DNA of 64,000 nucleotides from an uncultured Actinomycetes bacterium (GTDB lineage Bacteria; Actinomycetota; Actinomycetes; S36-B12; CAIYMF01): NCBI GenBank assembly GCA_963697345.1, contig CAVONS010000001.1, positions 15,580 to 79,579 of the forward strand, read 5' to 3'. Shown piece by piece: positions 53,055 to 64,000 of this stretch (position 1 is its first letter; each line of letters starts with the position of its first letter). The notes under the pieces were generated by a model. It saw only the letters and a program-made list of their open reading frames with translations, ran no database searches and was not told where the DNA came from. The position numbers and the translations under genes were made by a program.

Positions 53055-56000
53055 CTAGCCTTGCCTGAGCAGGCGCTCGAGGGCGGTGGCGTCCGCGAGA
53101 TCGTTCGGACGCAGGACGGTGCCGGTGCGGACGAAGACGAATGCCGCGCCGACCGTCTCCGGGGGCACGCCGGCCAGGTCGGCCCAGGCCAGGCGGTAGA
53201 TGGCCAACTGCAGCGCGTCGGCCTCGTCGCGTGACGAGGTCTTCCAGTCGACGACCTCCCACTGCTGGCCCTCGGGTGCGTCGGGAGCAGCTGGGAAGAC
53301 CGCGTCGATGCGGCCGCGGATCAGGTGCCCACCGATCGACAACGAGAACGGCACCTCCAGCCCCGCGGGTGTCCGGCGGGCGTAGTCGAGGCGCTCGAAC
53401 GCCTCCTTCAGGTCGGCCAGCTCCTCCTGGGAGCCGATGTTCTCGTCGGCGGCACCCGGGAGGTCCTCGTCGGTGATCAGGGGCTGGACGCCGAGCCGCG
53501 CCTCGACCCAGGCGTGGAAGGCGGTGCCGAGCTCGGCGTACCGATTGCGTCGGCGCGGCATCGGGCGCAGCAGCCGTCTCGGCGAACGCCTCCGGATCCT
53601 CGGCCAGGTCCATCGTGGCGGAGGCGGACAGGACGCCGGGCAGGGTGGCCACGGCACGGTCCTCGCGCGGATCGCTCGGTCCGGGCCAGCAGGGCACGGA
53701 TCGCGGAATCCCAGTCGGCGACCTGTCGATCGACGGGATCAGCCAGCGAGTGGTCGGGCTGGAGGCCCTCCCCGTGATCCGGGGTCGGCGTCGACCACGG
53801 CTCGGAGATCTCGCCGGCCTCGACCAGCGCGGTCACGGCGCGGGCCGCCGGGACCACGCCCTGGCTGCTGTCCGCGTCGGGCACCGGCCAGGTCACCTCC
53901 ACCACCTGGTCCAGCATCGGATTGGTAGGGCGCCACGTCCAGTGGATCGGCTTCGGTCCGGCACCGACGTCGAGGCACCTGCGGCGTTGGTGGGCTCCGC
54001 GTCAGTCGCGGACTGGGTGCCCCCGCACGCCGCCGGCGGCCCCCTCACCCGCACCCACGGGCGCATCGCGCCAGTCGGGTCGTCGGCCCACGGGTCGTCG
54101 ACCTCACCGGTGGCCTGGTCGCGCAGCGCCTCGAGGTACTCCGAGGGCCCGCGGGGCTTCTTCTGGGTCGCGCCCCACCAGTGCCCGGAGGCGATCAGCA
54201 CCTGCTTGGCTCGCGTGACTCCCACGTAGGCCAGGCGGTCGTCGCCTGTCCGGTCGTGGCGCCGGCACGCGTCGATGAACGCGGTGAGGTCCTTCGAGGT
54301 GTAGCCGTCCAGCGCGGGCAGGACGTGGCGGTCGTCGCGCAACTCGCTGGGCACGACATGCGCGTAGGTGGTCCAGCGCTCCGAGCTCTTGCCGCCGGGG
54401 AACGACTCGCGGCACACGTGCGGCAGGACCACGACGGGGAACTCCAGGCCCTTGGCCTTGTGCATCGTCATCAGCTGGACCGCGCCGGGCATCGTGGGCA
54501 GGTCCACGTCCTCCTCGGTGCCCAGCTGCTCGGCTGCGTCGAGGTACGCGAGGAATGCCCCGAGCCCGGTGCGGCCGTCGGCGTCGCTGAAGCCCTCGAC
54601 CAGATGCAGCAGGCCGGCGAGCCCGACGTCACCGAGCCCGTGCCTACCCGAGGCCAGGTCCGCCTCGACCCGCGCACCGGTGACCGTGACCACGGCCGAC
54701 ACCAGGTCGGCCAGCGGTGCTCCGACGTAGCCCTGCAGCAGCCGCAGCTCGCCGAGGAACTCCGCGAGCCGGGCGGCGGCCTCGGCCGACACCCTCGGGC
54801 CCGGGTCGCCCGCCGCCTCCAGCAGGCTGGGCCGCTCGACCGGATCCTGGACCTCGCTGGCCTCGCGCAACCGCGCCCGCAACCGCTCGCGCCCGGCCTC
54901 CGAGTCCGTGCGCTCCGGACGCCCGCCAGCCAGCTTCAGGGCGCGCGAGCCGAGCTGCTCGAGGTCACGCGGTCCGATCCGCCAGCGACGCCCGATGAGC
55001 AGGGCGGTCACCGACGTGTTGTCGGCCGGGTCGGCCAGGACACGCAGGGTGGCCAGCACCGCTGTCGCGTACGGGCTGCTCGTCAGCGCCGCGGTGCCCG
55101 AGATGCTTGCCGGCACGCCGCGCGCCACGAGCAGCCGCTGCAGGGGACCGAGCTGGTCGTTGGCCCGCCCGAGGATCGCGATGTCCTGCGGCGGCGTGCC
55201 CGCCTCGACCAGGGACGCGACCTCGTCGGCGATCCACTCCTGCTCGTCGACCACGGTGTCGAGCAACGCGGCCCGCACGATCGCGTCCCGCGGCTCGGGG
55301 GGGCGGAGCTCGGCGATCTGCGGGTGCTGGGCCCGCAGGCCGGCGGCGATCCGGTTGGCTGCGCCGAGGATGGGCGTCCCCGAGCGCCGGTTCACCGACA
55401 GGACGCGGATGGGCGCCACCCCGTCGCGGCCGAAGTGCTGGGCGAAGGAGTCGATGTTGGCCACCGAGGCGCTGCGCCATCCGTAGATCGCCTGCATCGG
55501 ATCGCCGACCGCGGTCACGCCCTGGCCGGCGAACAGCGTGGACAGGATCACGCGCTGGGCGATGGACGTGTCCTGGTACTCGTCGAGCAGGATGACGCGG
55601 TAGGCCGCGCGCATCCCCGCGACGAGCTCGTCGGAGCTGCGCACGAGCTCCGCGCACAGGCGCATGTGGTCGGAGAAGTCGAGGCCGCCGACATCGCGAC
55701 GGGCCTGGCGCAGCTCGTCCACGAGATCGGCGAGCTCAAGCCGCCGCTCGGCGGTGTCACGGATGTCGCGAACCTTCTGCGTGGTCTTGGGAAGGTCGTC
55801 GATCGCGGCGATGACCGCGCGGTCGTGGGCCCGCAGGTCGTCGGTGCTGATCGTCTGCTCGGCGAGGTTGGCGTCGAGGCGGACGATGTCGCCAGCGACC
55901 CGGCTGGGCCCGTGGCGCGTGACGACCAGGCCGCGCGGACCTGGCAGACGATCCGGTAGGCCAACTGGGCCACGGCGGGACCCGACAGCAGCCGCGCCCC

Positions 56001-56414
56001 CGGTTCGATCCCGACCCGAAGGCCCTGCTCGTCGATGAGGCGGCGCGCGAAGGAGTGATACGTGGCGATCGTCGGCTCGCCGACAACCTCGCCGCGCTCG
56101 GCCGGCTGCTGCGCGCGCCATCGGTTGAGCAGGGCGGTGACCCGCTCAGCCAGTTCGGCGGCCGCCTTGTTGGTGAACGTCAGCCCAAGGACCTCGTGCT
56201 CGACGACGTAGCCCGATGCCACGAGCCAGGCAACGCGCGCGGCCATCACGGCCGTCTTCCCGGTTCCGGCGCCAGCCACGATGACGAACGGCTCCAGCGG
56301 GGCGCTGACGCACTCCCACTGCTCGTCGGTCAGGTCGAATCCGAGGAGGGTGTCGAGCTCGGCGCGGGGCATGGGGACCGGCTCGGGCGGCACGGGCGCT
56401 GCTGCGTCAGGCAT
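53055..56414 (-). pseudogene. adnB: AdnB-like UvrD-type helicase with a RecB-type nuclease domain, split over at least five reading-frame segments
   Basis: ATG 56414 after GGGGAGG. VIVAGAGTGKT in ORF 55548..56765. LLDEYQDTS, VNRRS, MHKAKGLEFP and YVGVTRAK in ORF 53893..56121. VEVTWPVPD in 53477..53917. LPGVLSASATMDLAEDPEAF in 52762..53697. Nuclease end (GTAFHAWVE, GRIDAV, VVDWKT, QLAIYRLAW) in 53055..53657. Confidence 0.75.
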
Positions 56415-59400
56415 CAGACTCACCTCCCCACAGGGGCTCCTGGATGGGAAGCGCTGATGGCTTGGGGCGGCGGCGGCCTTCGTCGGCGGTCGGCTCCGCA
56501 AGATCGAGACCGGGACGGGCTCGGGGCGACGAGGGGGCTGGCGTCCGGGCGGGCGTGTCAGCGTCGCGTCCTGATTGCTCGCCTTCAGCACCGGACCCAC
56601 CGGTTGACGTCGCAGGCTGGTCGACGGGTGCCGGTGCCTGCGCGGGGCACATGTACCGGAACGCACACCTGCCGCACCCGCCGTTGACGCGGGCGGGGTA
56701 CTGCGGCCCTGCGGCCAGGTGTGCAGCGTCCACCACGAGGTCGTTGACCCACGTCCACCCCTCATCCAGGGGCGGCTGGCTGCGGACCTTGGGCATGCCG
56801 GTGGCGAAGCGGTCGCCCACGTGGACGAGCTCGGCCCCGCCGAGGGTGATGTGCTCGGGAGCCTCCGGCACGTCCATCCAGCGCGCCACCCCGCACGGCC
56901 AGTTGGTACAGCCCGAGCTGGGGATTCTCCGAGGCCGCCTTCGCGGTGGTGGCGGACTTGCCGGTCTTGAAGTCAACGACGTGCAGGGTTCCGTCGGTGG
57001 CGAGGTCGACGCGGTCGATCGAACCCGCGACCACGACCGGTGGTGTCACGTCCTCGACCGGAACGCTGAACTTCAGCTCGGCCGCGACCGCCTCGCGCTC
57101 GGTGCTGCGGTCCCACGCGAGCAGGGAGGCGACCATCTCGTCGACGCGCTGGCGCTCGTTGGCGCGCTCGTAGTGCGCGGGGAACGGCACCGACGCCCAG
57201 ATCTCGTCGAGGTACGCCCCGATCTCCGACTCGTCGGTGATGTCGCCACGCGCCAACGCCTCGGCGACGTTGTGCACGATCAGGCCCACCATCGCCGCCC
57301 CGCCGGACGGATTGCCGGCGCCGACGCGCTTCTCGAGGAACCACCGCAGTGGGCAGTCCCGCAGCGAGGCGACGGCCGAGGGGGACAGCCGCAGTGGCTT
57401 GGGCGGCTCGTCCGGGGCGTCACGGGCGGCCAGGACGACGGAATCCGCGGGGGCAGAGGCGCCAGAAGGGACCGAGGCGGTCAGCGGGTTCGCGCCCCAC
57501 CACCGGGTCGGGTCGGCGGGCGGCCAGCGGGCCGAGCGGCACCACCGGAGCGCCCCCGCACGGCCAGGGCAGCCAGCCGCAGCGTCGCGGCCCCACGAAG
57601 TGCCTCGATGCGCTCGTGGTCTGGATGATCGACCCCGACCGCTGGGTGCCTCGGCCGCCTCACGCAGCGCGGTGATCAACCCCTCGGCGGACATCGGGGA
57701 CGCGGAGCGCGCGGGCATCGGCTGGACCTCGCCGATCTCGGACAGGAACCGTGAGGCCTGCAACCCACCCTCGACGCGCTCGGCGACCGCCGAGACCATG
57801 AGCGCCGACCGTGCCCGGGTGCACGCCACGTACATGAGCCGTCGCTCCTCGGCGAGCAGGTCGGCGTGCGTCTGCCCCTCGATCCGGCCCGGAGTGACCC
57901 AGCTCGTCGACGTGCAGCAGGTCCGAGCGCAGCCGGACGTCGGGCCACTGCCCCTCCTGGACCGAGGCGACCACGACCAACTCCCACTCGAGGCCCTTCG
58001 CCCGATGTGCGCTGAGCAGCCGGACGTGGTCACGGTCGGACTCCGGCACACCACGCATCTCCTGGGGCAGCCGAAGAGAGGCGATGTCGTCGAGGAAAGC
58101 GCCCACACCCACTGCCCCACCGCGTTGGGGAGGCAGCCGGTTGGCCAACTCGAACAGGGCCACGACGGCGTCGAGGTCGCGATGGGCGGAGGCAGCTGCC
58201 GCGTACCCGCCGGGGCGCAGTGCCGCGGTGCGCAGCCGCTCGGGCCACTCCGAGGACGTCCAGACGGCCCAGAGGACCTCGCTGACCATCGCGCCGGCTT
58301 CGATGGCCGCCCGCGCGGCCGCCACGGACCTGGCCACCCGGTGCAAGGCCGCCATGGTCGGTCGCGGGGACGTTCGCGATCTCGGCCGGAAGGTCCTCGC
58401 GCGCCACCGCCGCCGTCAGGAGGGCATCGGAGGACACCCGCGGCCCAGCCGGACCCGCAGCCGCCGACCCCTCGCCCAGACCTCCCGTCGCGACTCCCCA
58501 GCGCCGACTCCTCGGCTCGACCCGCGCCGACCCGCGGCCCCGCCGCAGCCAGCCCGTCGATGCTCCGCGAGCAGCGCCCGCGCCAGCGCCCGGATGCCGA
58601 CCGCGTCAGCTCGCCCCAACGGCCCGGCCAGCAGCGCCCGCCCGGTGTCCTCCGTCGCCACGTCCGGGTCGAGGGCCAGCCCGACGACCGTCAGCAGCGT
58701 CCGCACGGCCGGCTCGTCGGCCGAGCGGTGTCTCGTCCGGCGGCAGCCAGACGGGGATCCCGGCTGCGCGCATGGCCCGCGTCAGCACGGGACCGTGCAC
58801 GGCCGGGTTGCGCACGAGGACCGCCATCTGCGACCACGCCAGCCCGGGGCGCTCGCCCTCGCCGGCGTGCGCCCGCAGCAGCACCTCGGCGACTCCGGCG
58901 GCCTCGGCAGCAGCGCTCGGGAACGTCTGGACGCCGGACCTGCGCGGGCCCGTCGGCGCTCTGCGGCGTGCGGTGCAGCCGCTGCACGTCAGCCGGAAGG
59001 GGCGCCAGGGACACCGGACCCAGCACGCCCCCGGCGGCTCGGGCGATGGCCGTCGGGAACCGCCGGGTCGTGCGCAGGACCTCGATCCGGGCCGGCCGGC
59101 CGGTCGGGTCGGCGAACGCGTCGGGGAAGTGCAGGATGCCGCGGACGTCGGCGCCGCGGAAGCCGTAGATCGCCTGGTCGGGGTCGCCGACGGCGATCAC
59201 CTGGGCGCCCCCGGCGGCAAGCCCGCGCAGCAGCGCAACCTGGGCGGGGTCGGTGTCCTGGTACTCGTCGACGACCACGAGGTCATAGGCAGCCCGGAGC
59301 GCACGTCCGGCACGGGGATCGTTGGCCAGCACGGCCGCGCGCAGGATCAGCTCGGAGTAGTCCATGGACCCCTCGAACTCCAGGGTCGTGAGGTACTCCT

Positions 59401-60028
59401 CGAAGAACCCCCCGAGCGCGGCCCACACCGGGACCCCCTCGCGTCGACCGATCCGGGTGACGTCGCGCCCATCGAGGCCCTGCCCCCGGGCGCGGGCCAG
59501 CAGCGCGCGGACCTGTTCGGCGATCCCGCGGGTGCCCACCGCCCGGGCCAACGACTCGGGCCACTTCAGCCGACCCTCCTCGATCGAGTGGGTCAGCAGC
59601 TCACGGAGCCGGGCGTCCTGCTCGGCGGCCACGAGGAGCCGGGGCGGACTCGCGAAGGCGGTCGGGTCCGCGTGGGCGCGCAGCACCCCGTAGGCGAAGG
59701 AGTGGAACGTGCTGACCACCGGAACCGCACCGCCGCCGAGACGCCCGCTGATCCGGTCGGAGAGCTCGCGTGCGGCCCGGCGACCGAACGTCAGCGCGAG
59801 GATCCGATCCGGGGCGAGCGGGGACTCAGCCGCCCGAATCCGCGCGACGACGACCTCGGCGAGCGTGGCGGTCTTGCCCGTGCCCGGCCCCGCCAGCACG
59901 AGCAGGTGGCCATCGCGGTGCTCCACGACTGCCTGCTGCTGGGGATCCAGGTCGAGGGCGTCGACGGGCGCGGGCGCACGCCGGTCCAGACGAACGGCCA
60001 CGCCGGACCCCCGCTCCTTGCCACGCAT
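56407..60028 (-). pseudogene. adnA: AdnA-like helicase-nuclease subunit, split over at least seven reading-frame segments
   Basis: ATG 60028 after GGGGAGG. LVLAGPGTGKT, VVVDEYQDT and GDPDQAIYGFRG in ORF 58691..60226. Consecutive continuations in ORFs 58606..58884, 58416..58706, 58030..58437, 57660..58355 (HRAKGLEWE), 56762..58120 (YVACTRAR, RDCPLRWF, IDRVD, VVDFKTGK) and 56407..56976 (GGCGRCAFRYMCP). The stop overlaps the adnB start. Confidence 0.75.
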
Positions 60029-60472
60029 CGCGCCTCCCCTCGGAGGAAAGGCAACCACAGGGGTCCGACAGAGCCGCCCCCGGCGCCCCAGAGCACCCGG
60101 CACGACCGCCCCGGCACCCCAGCCCGCCCCACACCGCGTCGCCCACCGGACCGTCGCCACCCGCCCAATGGTGCCGCGCACGGCGCCGACGTGGGAGAGC
60201 TCTGAGGATGACCGAGCGCCCCACACACCCTGTGGCGCCCGATCCGTCGCTCGGACCCACCCGCGCTGGCCCCCGACACCCTCGATCGAGCCACCTCAGC
60301 AGACGCCCGAGCCCCCCGGCCCACGCGCAGCACAGCCTCCCCCGCCGCCCCGGCCATCGACCCGTTCCTCGGCCCCCCGCCCACGCCCTCCGAGCCGCCC
60401 CAGCTGCCCAACACGGCCCCCGCCCCACGCCCGCAGAGCGTCAGCCAGACGACCCTGGTCATCGAGGAGGGG

Positions 60473-62823
60473 GTGTTCCGCTCCCGCCTGCGCCGCCCGC
60501 GCGACATCCTCGGGGCGCTGCTGTCCCTGGTGATCGCGCTGCTCGTGGTGGTCGTGGCGGTCACCGCGCAGCAGACCGTCAACGCCATCGACAGCGACAT
60601 CGCCGACGCCCAGCGCTCGCTGCCCGACATCATCTGGGGGCTGCTCAGCGCCCTGGCCGGTCTGGGCATCGTGATGCTGCCCCTGCTGGCCACCGTCTCG
60701 ATGCTGGTCCGCCGACGCGGCAGACAGCTCCTGGAGTCGATCGCGGCGATGACCCTGGCGGCCATCGCACTCACGCTCATCTCCGCCGCGGTGCGCGACT
60801 ACGGCTCCGAGGCGCTCTACGCCTCGCTGACCGGCGCCCCGATGGACGCCGACCTGGCCTACCCCACGAACCCGCTGCTCGGCGGCCTGGTGGCGTTCAT
60901 CACCGTCGCGCGCCTCATGAGCAGGCCCCGGTGGAACTTCATGGCAGCGTCCATCGTCATCTCAGCGGCCGTGGTCGGCTCCGTGAGCGCGGGCAGCACG
61001 GCCACCGCCCAGGGCCTGAGCCTGCTCGTGGGCCTCGCGATCGGCCTGCTCGCGCGCTACCTGCTGGGCACACCCACGACGCGGCCGTCGGGGGCCGATG
61101 TGGCTGCGACGCTGATCAGCGCGCACATCCCCCTGGTCATGCTCCGCGCCCGCGGCGGCAGCCATAGCGGCCGCACCTACATGGCCGTGAAGCCCAGCGG
61201 CGAACAGCTCGACGTCGTGGTCCTGGACCGCGACCTCGAGGGTTCCGGCGTGGTCGGGGCGATCTACCGCTCCATCCGGCTGCGCGAGTCGAACGACTCC
61301 GCCAGCGGGCTGTCCATGCGCAACCAGGTGGACCGCGCGTCGATGATGTCCTACGCGGCGCAGTCCGCCGGGGTGCCGGCCGCACGACTCGAGCTCGCGG
61401 CGATGGTCAGCGCGGACTCCGCCCTGCTGGCCTACGAGAGCCGCGACGGGCGCACGGTGATCCCCGGATCGGGCACCCAGAGCGACCGCCCCACGGCCGA
61501 GGAGCTCGACGTCGCGTGGCATGCCGTGGGCCTGATGCAGAAGCGGTTCCTGGCCCACCAGAACCTCAACGCCGAGAACGTCGTCTACGCCGGGTCGCGG
61601 ACCCACCTGACCGGGCTGGAGTCCGGGACCGTGGCCGCCGGTGACGTCGTGCTGCGCCTGGACGTGGCCGAGCTGCTGGTCACCCAGTCCCTGCAGACCG
61701 ACGCGTCGACGGCGGTGGCCTCCGCGCGCCGGGTGATCGGCGACGAGGCGGTCCTGCGCGCGCTGCCCGTGCTGCAGGCGGTGGCGCTCAGCGGTCCCAC
61801 GCGGGCGGCCCTGCGCGGCAACAAGGAGCTGCTCAAGGAGCTGCGCGCCGAGCTGCTGACGGTCAACCCGGCAGTGGACATGGCGCCGATCGACCTCGAG
61901 CGGCTCAAGCCGCGCACGGTCTTCACGCTCGTGCTGGGGACGATCGCCGCCTACCTGGTGCTCGCGCAGCTGTCGCAGGTGAACCTCACCGAGGTCATCG
62001 CGGGGGCGGACTGGCGGTGGGCCGGCGTCGCGCTCGTGCTGTCGTTCACGACCTACGTGGGCGCGACCCTGAGCCTGGCCGGGTTCGTGCCCGACCGGCT
62101 GAGCTTCTTCCGCACGCTCCAGGCGCAGTTCGCGGCCTCCTTCGCGACGCTGGTCTCCCCGCCGACCCTGGGCGCGGTGGCCGTCAACGCCCGCTACCTG
62201 AATCGCTCCGGGCTGCCCCCCGCGGCTGCGGCGGCCACGGTGGGCGTCTCGCAGGTGGCCGCGTTCACCATCCACGTGTCCCTGATGCTGGTGGTGGCCA
62301 TCGCCGCCGGCACCCAGGCCGACCTGCAGTTCAACCCGCCGCGCGGGGTGATCATCGGCGTCGGGATCACCGCGATGATCATCGGCGGGCTGGCGTCCAT
62401 CTCGCACGTGCGCCGCTGGCTGGCCAACCGGATCCGTCCGATGATCGAGCAGGTCATCCCGCAGGCTGGTCACCGTGGCCCAGCGCCCGGCCAAGCTCGT
62501 CGAGGGGTTCGGCGGGATCCTGCTGCTGAACCTGGCCTACTGCGCGTGCCTGGTGGCCTCGGTGCGGGCGTTCTCCGATGACCTGACGATCGCCGCCATC
62601 TCTTTCGTGTACCTGGCCGGGTCGACACTGGGGCAGGCGGCACCGACGCCCGGCGGGTTGGGCGTGGTCGAGGCGGCCATCGCGGCGGGTCTCACGGCCG
62701 CTGGGCTGGACTCAGCGCTCGCGGTGTCGGCGACGCTGCTGTTCCGGACGGTCGACGTTCTGGATCCCGACGGTGCCGGGGTGGTTCGCGTTCCGCAACC
62801 TGACGGCGAAGGGGTTGCTGTAG
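60473..62823 (+). pseudogene. Large membrane protein with a C-terminal lysylphosphatidylglycerol-synthase-TM (UPF0104, flippase-like) region, with at least two frameshifts
   Basis: Main body in ORF 60473..62581. Continuation AQRPAKLVEGFGGILLLNLAY...TPGGLGVVEAAIAAGL in the 62475..63506 frame. Family-typical end TFWIPTVPGWFAFRNLTAKGLL-TAG (62821-62823) in a third frame. A possible Pro-rich N-terminal extension from ATG 60208 would need one more shift. Confidence 0.65.
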
Positions 62824-62846
62824 GGCGTAAACGTTCCGCGAGGCAC

Positions 62847-63554
62847 TCAGGGCTTGCAGGAACCCGCTCCGGGGCGCAGGGGTTCGAACTTGATGACGCT
62901 GTTGTCGCTGAGGTTGCGAGTGGTGTTGAAGCCCGGGAACAGGCTGCGATGATCCACCCGCATGTAGACCCCGACCGCCTGAGCGTTGGGATCGTTGGGG
63001 CAGGCATTGATGGTCGCCGGGTCCCACGTGCCGGAGCGGAAGTCGAAGCCGGCCACCAGGGGCCCGGCGCCATCCGGATCGTCCTCCCACGCATACCGGA
63101 CGCACACCGCCGGAGGGCAGCTGCTGAAGTCGCTGAGACCCTCCGGGAAGCCCTTGGCATTGGCCCTATAGACCCAGAGGTCCTTGATCGACTGGGTCGG
63201 GATGGCGGTACCGGAAGTGCCCAACACCTGCGAGGCCGCATAAGCGAAAGAACCCACCGCCCCAGCTGGCGCGGTCCCGTCGGGGTGGGAACACGGCCCA
63301 GGCGGGCACGGTTCCCAGCCGCGGTGCCCGAGGACGTTGCCCTGGCGCGGCTGGGCGCTGGCCGTCCTGGATGCGTCGCGGACCGCGTTGCTGACGCCGA
63401 CGTAGTCGCGCAGGAACAACGCAAACTCCATGATCCCGAACACGAGGAGGAGGATCACCGGGAAGACGATGGCGAACTCGACGGCCGACGCGCCGCGCTG
63501 ATCTGATCGACGCAGCCGAGCCAGCAAACCAGTCGGCGTTGTGGCCATCATCAC
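62847..63554 (-). CDS. TadE-like pilus assembly protein
   Basis: RGASAVEFAIVFPVILLLVFGIMEFALF (TadE N-terminal motif and helix). Confidence 0.8.
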   Translation of the reverse strand: MMMATTPTGLLARLRRSDQRGASAVEFAIVFPVILLLVFGIMEFALFLRDYVGVSNAVRDASRTASAQPRQGNVLGHRGWEPCPPGPCSHPDGTAPAGAVGSFAYAASQVLGTSGTAIPTQSIKDLWVYRANAKGFPEGLSDFSSCPPAVCVRYAWEDDPDGAGPLVAGFDFRSGTWDPATINACPNDPNAQAVGVYMRVDHRSLFPGFNTTRNLSDNSVIKFEPLRPGAGSCKP

Positions 63555-64000
63555 TCCACGATCCTGACCGGGTCACCCTCGACGACGGCGGTCCAGGTCG
63601 TCTGGTCAGTCACGCTGACGCCCCCGGAGAAGTTGACCCGCAATCGCCACCAACAGGCATAGGGATCTGTGAAATCGCAGGTGTAGGTGGCCGGAATCGG
63701 AATGCGCATCCGCTGGAACTGGCCGTTCCAACCATTCGAATTCAGGATGTTGCTGATCGAGCAGTTGGCATCCGGGCCGTTCTCCTTACCCTCCTTCGTG
63801 CAGTTCGTTGCAGGCGCCCCGCTCGGAGTCCGAACACTCAAGGTCGCGCCGGGAGCACCGCCAGCGTCACCGACATCGTAGAAGGTGAAGTTGATTGTCT
63901 GTCCGGCGTTGCCCGGCAGTACCCGCACCAGGTTGAACTCAGCCGTGCTGTCGTCGCTGTTCGCGAAGATCGGCATGCGCGCGAAGGGTGATACAGACAC
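63551..64000 (-). CDS. C-terminal part of a hypothetical secreted or pilus-associated protein (N-terminus lies beyond the window end)
   Basis: The ORF runs off the window. The stop overlaps the TadE-like start (ATGA). Asn/Thr/Cys-rich and locally lower GC. Function not recognised. Confidence 0.55.
   Translation of the reverse strand: MSVSPFARMPIFANSDDSTAEFNLVRVLPGNAGQTINFTFYDVGDAGGAPGATLSVRTPSGAPATNCTKEGKENGPDANCSISNILNSNGWNGQFQRMRIPIPATYTCDFTDPYACWWRLRVNFSGGVSVTDQTTWTAVVEGDPVRIVE

Overview
This is a high-GC actinobacterial chromosome segment. All calls come from by-eye motif reading of the six-frame track and the raw sequence; no searches were run.

(1) 431-27746 is a ~27.2-kb genomic island inserted at the 3' end of an initiator tRNA-fMet gene (27699-27775, minus strand).
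- It is bounded by perfect 104-bp direct repeats. The left copy regenerates the last 48 nt of the tRNA plus its downstream hairpin.
- Only a ~25-codon stub of a tyrosine integrase remains.
- The cargo is unusual. It has two contractile-injection-system (CIS) hallmark parts: a tail-sheath homologue and a DUF4255/Pvc16_N-AAA+ fusion ATPase.
- I found no tube, spike, baseplate or tape-measure gene.
- The cargo also includes signal-peptide-less hydrolases (S41, S8 and astacin peptidases, a DUF900-like alpha/beta hydrolase, a patatin-like phospholipase, an MBL-fold hydrolase). There is also an orphan MvdD-like ATP-grasp enzyme, membrane proteins, and two translationally coupled giant proteins (1266 and 1542 aa) with no domain I can recognise.
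- This island is the best candidate for an undescribed system. The null hypothesis is a decayed extracellular CIS (eCIS).

(2) 27.8-64 kb is a housekeeping block. It contains fabI, an SGNH hydrolase, an SDR, a HipA-like kinase with DUF3037, an EamA transporter, UPF0182, a PDZ/Lon-like protease, a DUF2342 metalloprotease, NUDIX, a DNA alkylation repair protein, a crotonase, DUF5679, an ABC1 kinase, uvrD2, nudC, an EEP nuclease, adnB, adnA, an LPG-synthase-TM family protein and TadE-like genes. The order resembles the mycobacterial Rv3193c-Rv3202c neighbourhood.

(3) Frameshifts cluster between 50.5 and 62.8 kb (nudC, adnB, adnA, the LPG-synthase-like gene), whereas ~50 kb of other genes, including 3.8- and 4.6-kb ORFs, are intact.

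Several intergenic tandem repeats, nested inverted repeats and a (GGGGC)n tract are also noted.
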